From positions 2,720,001 through 2,784,000 of the forward strand of contig OY970399.1 of the NCBI GenBank assembly GCA_963720545.1: a stretch of DNA of 64,000 bases, read 5' to 3'. Positions 51,087-59,396 of the stretch are shown piece after piece. Numbering within the stretch: position 1 is the first letter of the stretch; every line of letters begins with the position of its first letter. Source of the DNA: an uncultured Acidobacteriota bacterium. Lineage in GTDB: Bacteria; Acidobacteriota; Vicinamibacteria; Fen-336. The notes under the pieces are model-generated. The model worked only from the letters and a program-made list of their open reading frames with translations. It did not search any database and was not told where the DNA came from. A program made the translations under genes and the position numbers.

Positions 51087-53482
51087 GCGAAGCAGGCGTG
51101 CCGCGCCGCCGCCGCCGGGTGCTGCGTGCCACGGCGCTGACCCTCGCCGTCGTCGCCTTGCTGCTCGTGGCTGGAGGCTTCTGGGTACGCTCACAGGTGC
51201 GCGGCAGCCTGCCGGTCGTGGACGGCGAGCTGCGTCTTGCCGGCCTCGGCGCGCCGCTGTCGATCGAACGCGACGCGCGCGGCGCACCGATCATTCGCGC
51301 CGCGAACCGGCTCGACGCGGCGCGCGGCCTCGGCTTCGTCCACGGTCAGGACCGGTTCTTCCAGATGGACCTCCTGCGGCGGCGCGCGGCGGGCGAGCTC
51401 GCCGAGATCGTCGGTCCCGGCGTGCTGCGCGTGGACCGCGCCGCCCGCGTGCACCGCTTCCGCGACGTCGCGCAGCGGGTGGTGGCTGCGGCACCCGCAG
51501 GCGACGCCGCCGTGCTGCGCGCCTACACCGAAGGCGTCAACGCCGGCCTCTCGTCGCTGCGGGTGCGGCCGTTCGAGTACCTGCTGCTGCGCGTGGCGCC
51601 GCAGCCATGGCGCGAGGAAGACACGGTGCTCGCGATCCTCGCGATGTTCATCACGCTGCAGGACGACACGGGCAAGCGTGAATCGATGCTCGGCCTGATG
51701 CACGACACGCTGCCGGCGCCGCTCTTCGATTTCCTGACGCCGCAAGGCACCGAGTGGGACGCGCCGCTCGTCGGCTCGGCCATCGCCCAGCCGAAGGTTC
51801 CGGGTCCCGAGGTGCTGGACCTGCGCGGCACCAGACCGCTCCGCATCGCGGCGGACGCCGCCGGCGACGACGGCGCGGTTCCTGGCAGCAACAACTGGGC
51901 AGTGGCCGGAACCCACACCGAGCACGGCGGCGCTCTCGTCGCGAACGACATGCACCTCACCATCGACTCGCCGAACATCTGGTATCGCGCGGCGCTCGTC
52001 TACCAGGACGGCGGCGAGCAGCGGCGCCTCGTCGGCGTCACCCTGCCCGGCACGCCCGCGCTCGTGGTCGGCAGCAACGGTTACGTCGCGTGGGGCTTCA
52101 CCAACAGCTACGGCGACTGGACCGACCTCATCGAGCTCGAGCCGGTGACCGGCGACGACGATTCGTATCTCACGCCCGATGGGCCGCGGAAGTTCACGCA
52201 CACGGCCGAGGCGATCCGGGTGAAGGGCGCTCCCGACGCCACCCTCGACGTGGTCGGAACGATCTGGGGCCCGGTGATCGACAGGGACCACAAGGGCCGG
52301 CGGCGCGCGCTCGCGTGGGTGGCGCACCATCCCGAGGGTGTCAATCTCGGCTTCCTCGGCCTCGAGAACGCGCGTGACCTGGATGCCGCGCAAAAGGCCG
52401 CGGCGGCTTCCGGCATCCCGGCGCAGAACTTCGTCTGCGCCGATCGCTCCGGCCGGGTCGGCTGGACCATCATGGGCCGCATCCCGCGCCGTGTCGGGAT
52501 CGGCCGCCTGCCGGCTTCATGGCGAGACGGCAGCAGGCGCTGGGACGGCTGGCTCGCACCCGAAGAGTATCCGCGCATCGTGGACCCGCCGAACGGGCGC
52601 ATCTGGTCCGCCAACTCGCGCATCGTGGACGGCGAGATGCTGGCTGTGGTCGGCGACGGCAGCTACGACCTGGGCGCGCGCCAGAAGCAGATCCGCGACG
52701 ACCTGCTGACGATCGACAAGGCCGCCGAGAAGGACATGCTGCTGGTGCAGCTCGACGACCGCGCCTTGTTCCTCGCGCGCTGGCGCGAGCTGGCACTCTC
52801 GGTGCTGACGCCGTCGGCGCTCGAAGGCCACCCGCAGCGCGCCGAGTTCCGCGGCTTCGTGGACAACTGGAAGGGACGCGCGGCCGTCGAGTCTGTGGGC
52901 TACCGGCTGGTGCGCGCGTTCCGCCAGCGGCTCGCCCTCGAGGTGCTCGACGCGGTCACGCAGCCGTGCCTGGCGCTCGCGGCGAAGGACGAACACTGCC
53001 GCACCAACCAGTACGAAGGACCGCTCTGGAGCCTCGTCAGCCAGCGGCCCGCGCACCTGCTGAACCCCGCGTACCAGACCTGGGACGACCAGTTCCTGGC
53101 GGCGATCGACAACGTCATCGAAACGCTCACCAAGGGCGGCGCGCGCCTGTCCCGAAAGACGTGGGGCGACCGCAACGACCCGCCCATCGGCCACCCGCTG
53201 AGTGCCGCGGTGCCGTGGCTCTCGCGCTTCCTCAATATGCGGCGCCAGGGGATAGACGGCGACTCGAACATGCCGCGCGTGCAGGACTACCGCGAGGGCG
53301 CCTCGGAGCGCATCGCGATGTCGCCGGGGAAAGAGGAGCTGGCGCTCTTCCAGATGCCGAGCGGCCAGAGCGGCAACCCGCTGTCGCCGCACTACGCCGA
53401 CGGCCACGACGACTGGGTGCACGGCCGCGCCATTCCGCTGCTGCCCGGGACAAAGGTCAACACCCTGCGCCTCGTTCCCTGA
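51083..53482 (+). CDS. Penicillin acylase family (S45) Ntn-hydrolase with N-terminal anchor
   Basis: QDRFFQMDL.RR.A.G.LAE, GSNNWAV, ANDMHL, GQSGNP.SPHY. Confidence 0.93.
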   Translation: MSEAGVPRRRRRVLRATALTLAVVALLLVAGGFWVRSQVRGSLPVVDGELRLAGLGAPLSIERDARGAPIIRAANRLDAARGLGFVHGQDRFFQMDLLRRRAAGELAEIVGPGVLRVDRAARVHRFRDVAQRVVAAAPAGDAAVLRAYTEGVNAGLSSLRVRPFEYLLLRVAPQPWREEDTVLAILAMFITLQDDTGKRESMLGLMHDTLPAPLFDFLTPQGTEWDAPLVGSAIAQPKVPGPEVLDLRGTRPLRIAADAAGDDGAVPGSNNWAVAGTHTEHGGALVANDMHLTIDSPNIWYRAALVYQDGGEQRRLVGVTLPGTPALVVGSNGYVAWGFTNSYGDWTDLIELEPVTGDDDSYLTPDGPRKFTHTAEAIRVKGAPDATLDVVGTIWGPVIDRDHKGRRRALAWVAHHPEGVNLGFLGLENARDLDAAQKAAAASGIPAQNFVCADRSGRVGWTIMGRIPRRVGIGRLPASWRDGSRRWDGWLAPEEYPRIVDPPNGRIWSANSRIVDGEMLAVVGDGSYDLGARQKQIRDDLLTIDKAAEKDMLLVQLDDRALFLARWRELALSVLTPSALEGHPQRAEFRGFVDNWKGRAAVESVGYRLVRAFRQRLALEVLDAVTQPCLALAAKDEHCRTNQYEGPLWSLVSQRPAHLLNPAYQTWDDQFLAAIDNVIETLTKGGARLSRKTWGDRNDPPIGHPLSAAVPWLSRFLNMRRQGIDGDSNMPRVQDYREGASERIAMSPGKEELALFQMPSGQSGNPLSPHYADGHDDWVHGRAIPLLPGTKVNTLRLVP

Positions 53483-53496
53483 TAGCGTCCCGACCC

Positions 53497-56025
53497 ATGC
53501 GCTACCTTGCGGTTCTCCTGGCCCTCGTCCTCGCTCCCGCCGCTTCGGCCGCGGCACCGCGCGAACGGGTGCTGAAGCAGATCGCCGTGCCGCATCATTA
53601 TTACTACCGGGAGATGTACCTGCCGCAGGCGACCAGCGGCCCGAACGCAGTCGCGTGGTTTCCCGACGGCCAGTCGGTCGTGGTCGCGATGCAGGGTTCG
53701 CTGTGGCGCCACACCCTGAGCAGCGAGGCGGCGACGCAGCTGACCGACGGCCCCGGCTACGACAACCAGCCGGACGTCTCGCCCGACGGCCGGTTCGTCG
53801 CGTACTCGTCCTACCGCGGGGACGCCATCGACCTGCTGCTGCTCGACGTCGCGAGCGGCGCCACGAGCGTGCTGGTGAAGAACGGCGCGGTCAACGTCGA
53901 GCCGCGCTTTTCGCCGGACGGCAAGCGCATCGCATTCGTGTCCACCGTCTTCAACGCGCGCTGGCACGTGTTCACGCTCGCGCTCGATGCCAAAGGCGCC
54001 GCGGCCGGCGAGCCGCGGCGGATCACGAACGACAGCGAGACCGACCAGCGCTACTACTACAGCAAGTGGGACCACTTCCTGTCGCCGGTGTGGTCGCCGG
54101 ACGGCAGCGAGCTGATCCTGGTGGGCAACCACGGCCATGTCTGGGGCACGGGCGGCTTCTGGCGCATGCAAGCCGAACCGGGCGCCGCGGCGCGCGAGCT
54201 GCACTACGAGGAGACCAACTGGAAGGCGCGGCCCGACTGGTCGCCGGACGGCAAGCGCGTCGTCTATTCGTCGTATCTCGGCCGGCAATGGAACCAGCTA
54301 TGGCTGATGCCCGCTGCCGGTGGCGATGCCCTGCAGCTGACTTACGGCGAGTTCGACAACGTCGCGCCGCGCTGGTCCAAGGACGGCCGGCAGATCGCCT
54401 ACATCACCAACGAGGGCGGCAACACCGCGCTGCGCATCCTCGCCTTTCCGGGTGGCGCCGTCAGCCGGCCGCGGTTTCGCCACAAGAACTACAAGAACCC
54501 CGGCGCGCAGCTCGCCATCACCGTGACGGACGGCGCGCGCCCGGTGCCCGCGCGCATCTCGGTCACCGCAGCCGACGGCCGCGGCTACACGCCCGACGAC
54601 ACATGGCGGCATGCCGACGACGCCTACGTGCGCGGCGCGCGCGCGTTCGAGTATTCCTACTTCCACACCAGCGGCCGCGCGTCGCTGCGCGTGCCGGCCG
54701 GCTCCGAGCTGACGATCGAGGTGAGCCGCGGCCCCGAGTACGCAGTGCATACGCAGAAGCTGACGCTTGCCGCGGGCGCTTCACAGCGCCTCGCCGTGCC
54801 GCTGCGGCGCATCGACGACCTGCCGAAGAAGGGCTGGTGGAGCGGCGACGGCCACGTGCACATGAACTATGGTGGCGCCTATCGCAACGACCCGGCGCAC
54901 CTGGTGACGCAGATGCAGGCCGAAGACCTGCACCTCGTCGAGAACCTGGTGGTGAACAAGGAAGGGCGCATTCCAGACATCTCCTACTTCCGCCCCACCC
55001 CAGACCCGGCCTCGCGCCCCGGCTTCCTGCTGGCGCACGGGCAGGAGTTCCACACGAGCTTCTGGGGCCACACCGGGCTCCTCGGCCAGTCCGATCATTT
55101 CCTGCTGCCGGACTACGCGGGCTACGCCGGCACCGCAGCCGCGAGCCTCATTCCCATGAACTTCGACGTCGCCGACATGGCGCGCGCGCAAGGCGGCATC
55201 ATCGGCTACGTTCATCCATGGGACTACTATCCCGATCCCGCGAAGCGCGACGAGGCGCTCACCAACGAGCTGCCGGTGGACGCGGCGCTCGGCAAGGTGG
55301 ACTACTACGAGGTCGTCGGCTTCATCGACGACTATCTCGCGAACTCGAAGGTCTGGTACCAGCTCCTCAACTGCGGCTTCCGCATTCCCGCGGGCGCCGG
55401 CACCGACGCGATGGCGAACTACTCCTCGCTGCGCGGCCCGGTCGGCATGAACCGGGTGTTCGTGAAGGCCGGCCTGAAGCTCGAGCACGGCGCATGGCTG
55501 GCCGGGCTCAAGGCGGGCCGAACCTTCGCGACCAATGGGCCGCTGCTGTCGCTCGCCATCGACGGCAAGGAACCGGGCGCCGAGATCAAGCTACCGGCGG
55601 GCTCGCACACGCTGCACGCCGCCATGACGATGAAGTCGTACGTGCCGGTGACGAACGTCGAGCTGGTGCGAAATGGCGAAGTCATGGCCACGGCGAAGCT
55701 CGCGGCCGATGGCCGCTCGGCCAGCGGCAGCGCCGCGCTCGAGGTCAAGGAGAGCGGCTGGTACGTGCTGCGCGCCTGGAGCAAGGAGCCGCAGTATCCG
55801 GTGCTCGACGTCTACCCGTTCGCGAGCACCAGCCCCATCTACGTCACGGTGGGCGACGATCCGGTGCGCTCCGCGCGCGATGCGGCTTACTTCATCGCCT
55901 GGATCGACCGCGTCGCCGAGGCGGCGGGCAAGCACGACGGATGGGCCAGCGACGCGGAGCGCGCCACCGCGATGGAGCGGATCGCGGCGGCGCGCAAAGT
56001 CTTCACGGAGCGCGCTCAGGACTGA
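53497..56025 (+). CDS. Secreted TolB-like (PD40 repeat) propeller fused to a PHP-like CehA/McbA metallohydrolase
   Basis: Repeated P..SPDG..IA motifs; WWSGDGHVH, GQE, GH, HP, AGTDA, GRTFATNGP. Confidence 0.85.
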   Translation: MRYLAVLLALVLAPAASAAAPRERVLKQIAVPHHYYYREMYLPQATSGPNAVAWFPDGQSVVVAMQGSLWRHTLSSEAATQLTDGPGYDNQPDVSPDGRFVAYSSYRGDAIDLLLLDVASGATSVLVKNGAVNVEPRFSPDGKRIAFVSTVFNARWHVFTLALDAKGAAAGEPRRITNDSETDQRYYYSKWDHFLSPVWSPDGSELILVGNHGHVWGTGGFWRMQAEPGAAARELHYEETNWKARPDWSPDGKRVVYSSYLGRQWNQLWLMPAAGGDALQLTYGEFDNVAPRWSKDGRQIAYITNEGGNTALRILAFPGGAVSRPRFRHKNYKNPGAQLAITVTDGARPVPARISVTAADGRGYTPDDTWRHADDAYVRGARAFEYSYFHTSGRASLRVPAGSELTIEVSRGPEYAVHTQKLTLAAGASQRLAVPLRRIDDLPKKGWWSGDGHVHMNYGGAYRNDPAHLVTQMQAEDLHLVENLVVNKEGRIPDISYFRPTPDPASRPGFLLAHGQEFHTSFWGHTGLLGQSDHFLLPDYAGYAGTAAASLIPMNFDVADMARAQGGIIGYVHPWDYYPDPAKRDEALTNELPVDAALGKVDYYEVVGFIDDYLANSKVWYQLLNCGFRIPAGAGTDAMANYSSLRGPVGMNRVFVKAGLKLEHGAWLAGLKAGRTFATNGPLLSLAIDGKEPGAEIKLPAGSHTLHAAMTMKSYVPVTNVELVRNGEVMATAKLAADGRSASGSAALEVKESGWYVLRAWSKEPQYPVLDVYPFASTSPIYVTVGDDPVRSARDAAYFIAWIDRVAEAAGKHDGWASDAERATAMERIAAARKVFTERAQD

Positions 56026-57152
56026 GCGAGCGCCGCCAGCAGGTCGTCGGCCAGGTCCTGCGGGTCCTCGATGCCGACCGAGACGCGCACCAGGTCGGGC
56101 GGCGGCGCGAGCCGGGCGCGCAGTGCTCCCGGAATGCTCGCGTGCGACATCGCGCTCGGCAGCGAGATCGACGAAGTGACCGAACCAAAGCTCACGGCAA
56201 TGGCGAAGAGGCGCACGCCCTCGACCACCCGCCGCGAACGCTCCGCGTTGCCGGTGGTGAAGCTGAACACCGAGCCGGGGCCACGCGCCTGCGACTCGTG
56301 CAGCGCCCGTGCGGCGGATGAGGCGAGTGTCGGGTAGTACACCGTGCCCACTGCCTGTTGCTCGAGGACCCGGTTGGCCAGCAGCTCCGCGGTCTGGCTC
56401 TGGCGCGCGACCCGGAGGTCGAGCGTCTTCAGCCCGCGCAACAGCAGCCAGCAGTCGAAGGGCGCGAGCCCTGTGCCCTCGGCGTTGCGCAGGAACGCAA
56501 GCCGCTCGCGCAGCGCCTCGTCGTTGGTGACCACGGCCCCCGCGCTGATGTCGCCGTGCCCGCACAACGACTTGGTCGCGGAGTAGAGCACCAGGTGGGC
56601 GCCGAGCGCCAGCGGCCGCTGCAAGCGTGGCGAGAGCAGCGAGTTGTCCACCGCCAGCAGCACGCCGCGCGTGCTCGCGAGCGATGCCAGCCCGGCGAGG
56701 TCGGCGATGCGCAACAGCGGATTGCTCGGCGTCTCGGCGACGAGGAGCCGCGTGTTCGGGCCGATCGCGGCCGCGACCGCGTCGAGATCGGTCATGTCCA
56801 CGTAGCGCACGCCAATGCCGAGGCCGGGAGCGACGCGCGCCAGGAGGCGCGTGGTGCCGCCGTAGAGGTCGTCGCCGGCGAGGATCTCGCCACCCGCAGC
56901 GACCAGGCGAGTCACGGCCGCGATCGCCGCCATGCCGCTCGTGTAGCTGAGCGCGTAGCGCGCCTTCTCGAGCGCGGCCAGCTGCTCCTCCACCTGCGTG
57001 CGCGTCGGGTTGGCGGTGCGGGTGTAGTCGTACTCGCCGAATTCCAGCGCTCCCGGCTGGCGGAAGGCCGCGGTCTGGTAGAGCGGCGGCGTCAGGGCGC
57101 CGTAGGGGTCGCCGTTCTTTGCAAGCGCAACACAGCGGGTGGCGAACTTCAC
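56016..57152 (-). CDS. metC: Cys/Met metabolism PLP enzyme, probable cystathionine beta-lyase
   Basis: PLYQTA, YDYTRTANPTR, DDLYGGT, ETPSNP, SATK, VSFG; beta-lyase assignment is inferred. Confidence 0.78.
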   Translation of the reverse strand: MKFATRCVALAKNGDPYGALTPPLYQTAAFRQPGALEFGEYDYTRTANPTRTQVEEQLAALEKARYALSYTSGMAAIAAVTRLVAAGGEILAGDDLYGGTTRLLARVAPGLGIGVRYVDMTDLDAVAAAIGPNTRLLVAETPSNPLLRIADLAGLASLASTRGVLLAVDNSLLSPRLQRPLALGAHLVLYSATKSLCGHGDISAGAVVTNDEALRERLAFLRNAEGTGLAPFDCWLLLRGLKTLDLRVARQSQTAELLANRVLEQQAVGTVYYPTLASSAARALHESQARGPGSVFSFTTGNAERSRRVVEGVRLFAIAVSFGSVTSSISLPSAMSHASIPGALRARLAPPPDLVRVSVGIEDPQDLADDLLAALAQS

Positions 57153-57916
57153 GCGGCACCGCCTGCCGCTGCGTCCGCGGCCAGTGGCGCGGTACGGTCC
57201 GGCCCGCGGCCGACGAGAGTACGGTTGCCGGACGCGAGGGCCGCGATCTCGAATTCGAGAAAAGCCGCGCCGGCGAAGCGCACCGCCTTCGATTGCACGA
57301 CACGGGTGCCGACACGCAGCGCCGTGCCCCAGGTCGCGGTGTGATAGCGGCTCGCGGTCGCGTCGGTCGCGGGGTCGCCGCTGTACAAGCCGTCCACATC
57401 CTTGATGAGCCGGCAGCGCGCGCCGAGCGTGTGGGCGAGGAACAGCGCTGTGAGGTCGGAGCCGCCCCGGCCGAGCACGGTGGTGCGGCCGTCGCGGTCG
57501 CGCGCCACGAAGCCGGGCACGACCACCACGCCGGCAGCGAGCGCCTTGCGGATCGCTGCGGCGTTGACCGCGACCGCCTGGCCGTCGAGGAAGTCGCCTT
57601 CGCTGACGAGCCCGAGCTGCGCGGAATCGAAGAGGGTCGCCACCATGCCCGCTTCGGCCAGGGCCAGCGTGAGGAGCGCCGCGGCCGTGGCCTCCCCGGT
57701 CGCGAGAAGTGCCGCGAGCGCCTGCGGCTGCGGTGGCAGCCCGAGTTGTTGCGCGCGTTTCAGCAGGTCGTCTGTGACACCCCGGAACGCCGAAACCACT
57801 GCCAGCACCACAGCGCCGGCGACGCGCTCACGCACGATCTCCCGCACCACAGCGGGCAAGTCCCGCTCCGAGCGCAGCACCGAGCTGCCGAATTTCAGCA
57901 CCACGATGCGCGTCAT
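57149..57916 (-). CDS. Aspartokinase catalytic domain only (no ACT domains)
   Basis: VLKFGSS, VVSA..GVTDDL, LLATGE, VPGF, LGRGGSDLTA, DVDGLYSGDP; 255 aa. Confidence 0.87.
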   Translation of the reverse strand: MTRIVVLKFGSSVLRSERDLPAVVREIVRERVAGAVVLAVVSAFRGVTDDLLKRAQQLGLPPQPQALAALLATGEATAAALLTLALAEAGMVATLFDSAQLGLVSEGDFLDGQAVAVNAAAIRKALAAGVVVVPGFVARDRDGRTTVLGRGGSDLTALFLAHTLGARCRLIKDVDGLYSGDPATDATASRYHTATWGTALRVGTRVVQSKAVRFAGAAFLEFEIAALASGNRTLVGRGPDRTAPLAADAAAGGAA

Positions 57917-59091
57917 GACTGGAGCGCCTGGCGCAAGTCGGCGATCACGTCCTGCGGATCCTCGAGGCCGACCGAGACGCGGATCAGGCCTTCGGTGATG
58001 CCGGTGGCTTCGCGCTGCCGCAGCGGCACGGCGCCGTGGGTCATCGACACCGGATGGGTGACGATGGTCTCGGCCGCGCCCAGGTTCTCGGCGAGCGCGC
58101 ACAGCCGCACGCCGTTCATCACCGCGATGCCGGCCGCGGCGCCGCCCTCGACCTCGAACGCCAGCACCGCGCCGCCGCTGCGCTGCTGCCGCAGGGCGAG
58201 CTCGCGCTGCGGGAACGAGTCGAGTCCGGGATAGAGGATGCGGGTCACGCGCGGGTGCGCCTCGAGGAAGCGCGCCACCTCGAGCGCGTTGGCCGCGTGC
58301 TGGCGCATGCGCAGCGGCAGCGTCTTGGCGCCCTGCAGCGTCAGCCACGCGTTCCACGGCGACTGGATGGCGCCGATGCAGTTGCGCAGCAGGAACAGCC
58401 GCTCGTGCAGCGCGGCGTCGCGCGTGAGGAGCGCCCCGCCGACGGTCGCGTTGTGGCCCTCGATGAACTTGGTGGTCGAGTGCAGCACGATGTCGGCGCC
58501 GAGGTCGAGCGGCCGCTGCAGCACCGGCGTCAACAGCGTGTTGTCGACGACCACCACGGCGCCCGCCGCGTGTCCCAGCCGCGCGGCCAGCTCGATGTCG
58601 GTGAGCTTGAGCGTCGGGTTCGCGGGCGATTCGAGGAACAACAGGGCGGCGCCGCCGCGCAGCGACCCGGCCAGCGCCGCGGGGTCGGAGGCGTCCACGA
58701 ACACGGCGTCGACGCCGAACTTCGACAGCACCTGCTGGAACAGGCGCACGGTGCCGCCGTAGGTGACGTCGCCGATGACGGCGCGCGCGCCTTTTTCGAG
58801 CAGCGCGAGCGCCAGCGCGGTGGTGGCGCCGAGGCCGGTGCCGAAGGCGGTGCAGTGCGCGGCGTTCTCGAGCGCGGCGAGGCGACGCTCGAGCGCCGCG
58901 ACCGTCGGGTTCGACTGGCGGCTGTAGGTGTAGCCCTTGTGGACCCCGACCGCCTCCTGCACGTAGGTGGTCGATTGATAGATCGGGGTCAGCAGCGCGC
59001 CGGTCACCGGATCCGGCGCGGTGCCGGCGTGCAGCGCCACGGTTTCGATGCCTGTCGCCAGGCCCTCTGTCACGGGTGCGGTTGCGGTCAT
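57913..59091 (-). CDS. metB: Cys/Met metabolism PLP enzyme, probable cystathionine gamma-synthase
   Basis: PIYQSTT, YSRQSNPT, YGGT, ESPANP, HSTTKFIEGH, AENLG, RVSVGLED. Confidence 0.82.
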   Translation of the reverse strand: MTATAPVTEGLATGIETVALHAGTAPDPVTGALLTPIYQSTTYVQEAVGVHKGYTYSRQSNPTVAALERRLAALENAAHCTAFGTGLGATTALALALLEKGARAVIGDVTYGGTVRLFQQVLSKFGVDAVFVDASDPAALAGSLRGGAALLFLESPANPTLKLTDIELAARLGHAAGAVVVVDNTLLTPVLQRPLDLGADIVLHSTTKFIEGHNATVGGALLTRDAALHERLFLLRNCIGAIQSPWNAWLTLQGAKTLPLRMRQHAANALEVARFLEAHPRVTRILYPGLDSFPQRELALRQQRSGGAVLAFEVEGGAAAGIAVMNGVRLCALAENLGAAETIVTHPVSMTHGAVPLRQREATGITEGLIRVSVGLEDPQDVIADLRQALQS

Positions 59092-59122
59092 TGCAGGCGT
59101 CCTTTCGGGGCGGGTCGCGCCC

Positions 59123-59167
59123 AAAAAACAAAAAAGCCACCGCGGGGAGATCCCCAGGCGGTGGCTT
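59123..59167 (-). terminator. Attenuator (intrinsic terminator) in the met operon leader
   Basis: Minus strand AAGCCACCGC..GGGGA/TCCCC..GCGGTGGCTT then TTTTGTTTTTT, about 30 nt before the metB start. Confidence 0.9.
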
Positions 59168-59195
59168 CTTGGTGTCGTTACGATCCGGGTTCTGA

Positions 59196-59318
59196 CTAGA
59201 GCGTCTCGAACCTCGTCTCAGCGAACACGCCGCCGCCCGACGGACCGATGGGAATGCGCATCCACATGTGCATCGTGGTGGCCATCGAAACGGCGTTGGT
59301 GGTGGCGTTGCGGTTCAT
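59196..59318 (-). CDS. Putative 40-aa Met/Thr/Ile-rich leader peptide (absent from ORF track)
   Basis: MNRNATTNAVSMATTMHMWMRIPIGPSGGGVFAETRFETL*; AGGAG 6 nt upstream; directly precedes the terminator. Confidence 0.8.
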   Translation of the reverse strand: MNRNATTNAVSMATTMHMWMRIPIGPSGGGVFAETRFETL

Positions 59319-59329
59319 CTGAGGCTCCT

Positions 59330-59359
59330 AAGCTAACGTCCGGCTCGCGCTCGTGTCAA
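59330..59359 (-). promoter_or_regulatory. Sigma70-type promoter of the met leader
   Basis: TTGACA(59359-59354)-18-TAGCTT(59335-59330). Confidence 0.65.
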
Positions 59360-59396
59360 ACCGCGCCCCGCTCCGGTGTTAACGTGCGGCCAAACC

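Noticed and set aside
59100..59330. SAM riboswitch or T-box upstream of metB
   Set aside because: No SAM-I core (ATC.AGAG...GCAACC...GTGC) or T-box (GGTGG.ACCGCG) is recognisable by eye. The Met-rich uORF explains the terminator better. An Rfam scan is still advisable.
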